The translations under genes were made by a program, and so were the position numbers. A stretch of DNA of 56,583 bases, the filler included, from Basidiobolus ranarum (Eukaryota): the NCBI GenBank assembly GCA_040143965.1. It is 6 parts of 6 records of this genome, joined end to end, with 100 filler letters (N's around TTAATTAATTAA, not from the genome) between each part and the next. Parts side by side here need not be neighbours in the genome. Positions count along the whole stretch, not along the records: positions 47,255 to 56,583 come from JASJQH010000841.1; 5 more parts are not named here. One strand, given 5' to 3'. Below the pieces are notes generated by a model, which saw nothing but the letters and a program-made list of their open reading frames with translations, had not been told where the DNA came from and made no database searches. Positions 53,201 through 56,583 of this stretch are shown one piece after another. Every line of letters starts with the position of its first letter. Position 1 is the stretch's first letter.

Positions 53201-56200
53201 GTTTTTATGACCACAGTCTTCAGCACTGCAAAGATCTCCCTTGGGTGTTTTCCTTACCCATGGTTTCTCAACACCATGCACAAAGTTGCTTGTAAATGAA
53301 CATATCAGCCATAAGCAGTCAACAATGTAAAAGTCAACATGATTGCCATATCTTTATTGCAGTCTTTGAAGCCATCCACAATGGTTGTTGATCTGTTTGT
53401 GACAAAGATTATTGGCTGCAAAATTCTTAAACAAAATGCACAATCACTCTTCACCATTGGCCAAGGTAGCAACAATCCTAGACTTGATGAAATGGAATGG
53501 GCATTTTGAGCAAGGCATTTAATTATTTTCAACTTGTTGAGTCTTCATTAAAAGTTATGATTTAAGCAATCTGCAACTAACATCAACATGATTCGGTATT
53601 TCTGTATGATGTCACATTTATAGAAAGTATGCTTAAAAATCTGAACATTCATCATTGATGTGACTGGAATACTAGCTTGGTGTTGGTGTGGATAGTGTAA
53701 TTGACCCATACATAACTCTGTTATTTATTTGTTAGCTCAACCTAACCATCATGTCATCCCTCAACTACTTTCTGATGGCTGTGATGCTTTGTAAAGTTGT
53801 TTTTGCTTGTTCAATTGTGATACATCTACCATATTCTTTACACCAGCTTAACAATCATGTGCTGTAATTAGCTACTCATAGCAGCTCAAGTGTTAGTTAG
53901 GTTATGCAATATTCAGCACTGTGAGTATATCAGTATTATCCCCAGATCACTATTATCAGTACCATCAGTTATTCAGCTATCAATAAGTATTAGTCAGCTT
54001 TCATATGATTTTCCAGTTGTTAGTTGTACTAGGTCCCATGCTCATATCCCTTCCTGGCTAGTTGGTCACATGATCAACTTGACTGTGCCTCCCCAATGTA
54101 TCAGCTGATTGCATTGCTGGCCTAGAATATTTTGGCCAAGGACTGTGCAACTTATTATGATGTAGCTAAATCCTGATTTAGTAATCAGTGGATGAGTTAT
54201 AACTCATCTAATCTATCAGTCTAAGTATAAACAAAGAAGTATCTCTGTCAATAAACTGCAGTCCAGTCTTTGTGAATACAATACCAGCTCACTCAACCTC
54301 CTATCATTCTTTGGTACTTAAGAATAATAATACTTGTGTTAGTTTTTTGTCACTAAAATAATTGATGCTAGATCAACTGAGAAGAATGTCATTGTTGTAA
54401 ACTAGAGTTAAGATGCATCAATCAGAGAGATTTTATATAGTGAGGACTACTTGAGCAAGTACAGTACATATAAACAGTGATCATAATCATCAATGGCCAC
54501 ATCTTAAAAAAATGTAGCAGCAATAAAGATGGGTAAGTTTTTGTAACTCTAAAATATAGACCAGTGAGAGAAATTTGCAATCTGTGGCTTAAGAAGTAAA
54601 CACTTAGTAACAATCAGATCAGAAGGGCTAGAAACAGCCACTAGTAGATACAAGTTTTACCATATGATATAGTCCATTTCTTATCTCTAGTTCATGGACA
54701 TAAGCCTCAAAACTGGGAGAAACAAAAGATTGTTGAGAGAATCTTACACACTTTACCTGAGTTAGCAAGTGATTAAAGATAAAAATAGATGCAAGCTAAT
54801 AAGCAACAGGATATCAAAAGATGTAAATAAGTATCTGGTCTGGTTTTGGTTAATCCTTTTTTATCATGCTTTCCCAATGAGCAGGTTTTTTCATATATCA
54901 TAAGCTCCATTTTGGCACAAATTTGAGGTCATAGCTAAAGTGTTATTTGCATGGAGTATCAATTTTCTGTTTAAATTCCATGTTCTGGAGCTAAGATACC
55001 TATACAATATCACCTCATGAATCCAGTACCATAGGCAGTTATTAATGGTATAATAGCTGAATCATCCACTTGAAGAGATAAACTTGTAACAATTGTACCT
55101 GATCCAGATATGTGATCTAAATACATAATGTAGCAAGTCACTGAGTTACAAGTTGATTTGAAAGTTGAAGTCTAGCCCTCTAAGATGGAATACTTAAATG
55201 GCTTCTTCAACTTTGCAATAAATCCAGCAACACTACATGGGTTTACATAACCAACAACTGTTTTGCATAATAGTTCAATGCAGTACACTAACATTCCAGT
55301 TAGAAGTCACATAATGAAGAGTCAACTAATATACAATCAGTCAAGTCATATAGGCTGAGCAATAAATACTTGTTGTGTGTAGTCACCACACCCTTTGTTA
55401 TTTGTGAGTAAGCTCTAGTGGTGCATAGACTATGTTTCAAGTGTTTTCCATACCAGTTGATTCTTACTGCTATACCTTTGTTGTTTGTCACCAGTCTTTA
55501 GCACTACATACACTTTGCTTTTAATATGTCACATACCACTTGTTTCTGGGCACCATACCTTGCATTGTTTGTCAGTATGTTTCAGCTCTACTTTTAGTGC
55601 TTCTCATATGGTGTGTTTCTTGGCACTATTCCCAGCATCATATGTAGGCAGTCTTTGGCACAGCAAAGACTCTCCTCTTGGTGCTTCCCATATGGTGTGT
55701 TTCTTGGAACCATACATTTCATTATTTGGCAGTATTCTTTAGCTCTGCATATACTCTCCTTTGAGTGCTTCCCATACAGCATGTTTCTTGGCATCAAATA
55801 TTTTGTCATTTGACAGTATTCTTTAGCTCTACATAGACTTTTCTTTTAGTATGTCCCATAAAGTTTGTCACTTGGCACAATTCCCACAGTCATGTGTAGA
55901 CAGTCTTTAGCACTACAAAGACTCTCCTTTTAGTGCCTCCCATATGGCCTGTTTCTGGGCACCTTACCTTTCATTATTTGACAGTAATCTTAAGCACTGA
56001 GTAGCCTCTCCATTTAGTATTTCCCATACTGCAGATTTCTGGGTACCATACCTTTTGTCATTTCACAGTATTCTTTAGCTCTACATAGACTCTCCTGATA
56101 GTACTTCCCATTTGGGGTGTTCTTTAGCACCATACCTTTTGTTATTTGACAGTAATCTTTAGCACTGCATAGCCTCTCCTTGAAATGCTTCCCATAGGGT

Positions 56201-56583
56201 GTGTTTCTTGGCACCATGCATTTTGTCATTTGACATTACTCTGTAGCTCTACATAGACTCTCCTTCTAGTGCTTCCCATATGGTGTGTTTCTTGACACCA
56301 TACCTTTGTTATTTGATAGTATTCTGTAGCTCTACATAGACTCTCTTTTTAGTGCCTCCCATATGGCATGTTTCTTAGCACCATTCATTTTGTTGTTTGA
56401 CAGTGTTCTTTAGCTCTGCATATACTCTCCTTTCAGTGCTTCCCGTACAGTGTGTTTCTGGGCACCAAACAATTTGTCATTTGTCAGTATTCTGTAGCTC
56501 TACGTAGACTCTCCTTTCAGTGTGTCCCATAACGTTTGTTACTTGGCACCATTCCCATAGTCATATATAGGCAGTCTTTAGCA
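47255..56583. mobile_element. CpG-depleted, decayed large repeat or mobile element of unknown class
   Basis: Only about a dozen CG dinucleotides seen by eye in 9.3 kb, abundant TG/CA, no intact long ORF, no recognisable host gene. Confidence 0.55.
55340..56583 (-). repeat. 84-bp tandem array (about 15 units), 28-codon period
   Basis: Unit anchors at 55664, 55748, 55832, 55916, 56000, 56084, 56168, 56252, 56335, 56419, 56503. The minus frame reads (M)VPRNTPYGKH..E.LC.AK(D/E)YCQ.TK. Confidence 0.92.

Noticed and set aside
49789..54613. Many 60-146 aa ORFs in contig 6
   Set aside because: Leu/Cys/Tyr/His-rich translations expected from TG/CA-rich decayed DNA; not credible intact genes.
55340..56583. 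CRISPR array or canonical C2H2 zinc-finger gene
   Set aside because: Units are similar along their whole length with no unique spacers, the context is eukaryotic, and C2H2 spacing and linker are absent.

Overview
Eukaryotic, intron-rich, AT-rich fungal DNA. The gene set (phytochrome-type kinase, QTRT1, BCAS3, animal-type PMS1, class 3 lipase) suggests an early-diverging fungus, possibly Basidiobolus-like; this is inference only. The window is not one locus. It is six contigs of descending size (9363, 9360, 9350, 9347, 9334, 9329 bp) joined by 100-bp N-TTAATTAATTAA-N linkers, so no gene-neighbourhood inference should cross a linker. Contig 1: catalase 3' end, decayed MFS gene, an orphan intronless ORF pair (possible endogenous viral gene), a tRNA with a Met-like body and a Thr(CGT) anticodon, and a lipase 5' end. 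Contig 2: GPI-anchor-like protein, solo LTR, and the 3' part of a phytochrome-like hybrid histidine kinase. Contig 3: BCAS3-like WD40 gene with no obvious ATG, a degenerate MoxR-like AAA gene, and a Gypsy RT fragment. Contig 4: Copia LTR/PBS/gag with an inverted LTR, an orphan ORF, QTRT1, NUG1/GNL3, and a PMS1-like 3' end. Contig 5: R2R3-MYB, glyoxylate reductase, and a MITE-like element. Contig 6: an almost CpG-free decayed element with an 84-bp (28-codon) tandem array. All family calls come from motif recognition by eye; no searches were run. I cannot establish a new biological system. The best candidates are the orphan ORF pair, the anticodon-shifted tRNA, the phytochrome-like kinase and the contig-6 element.
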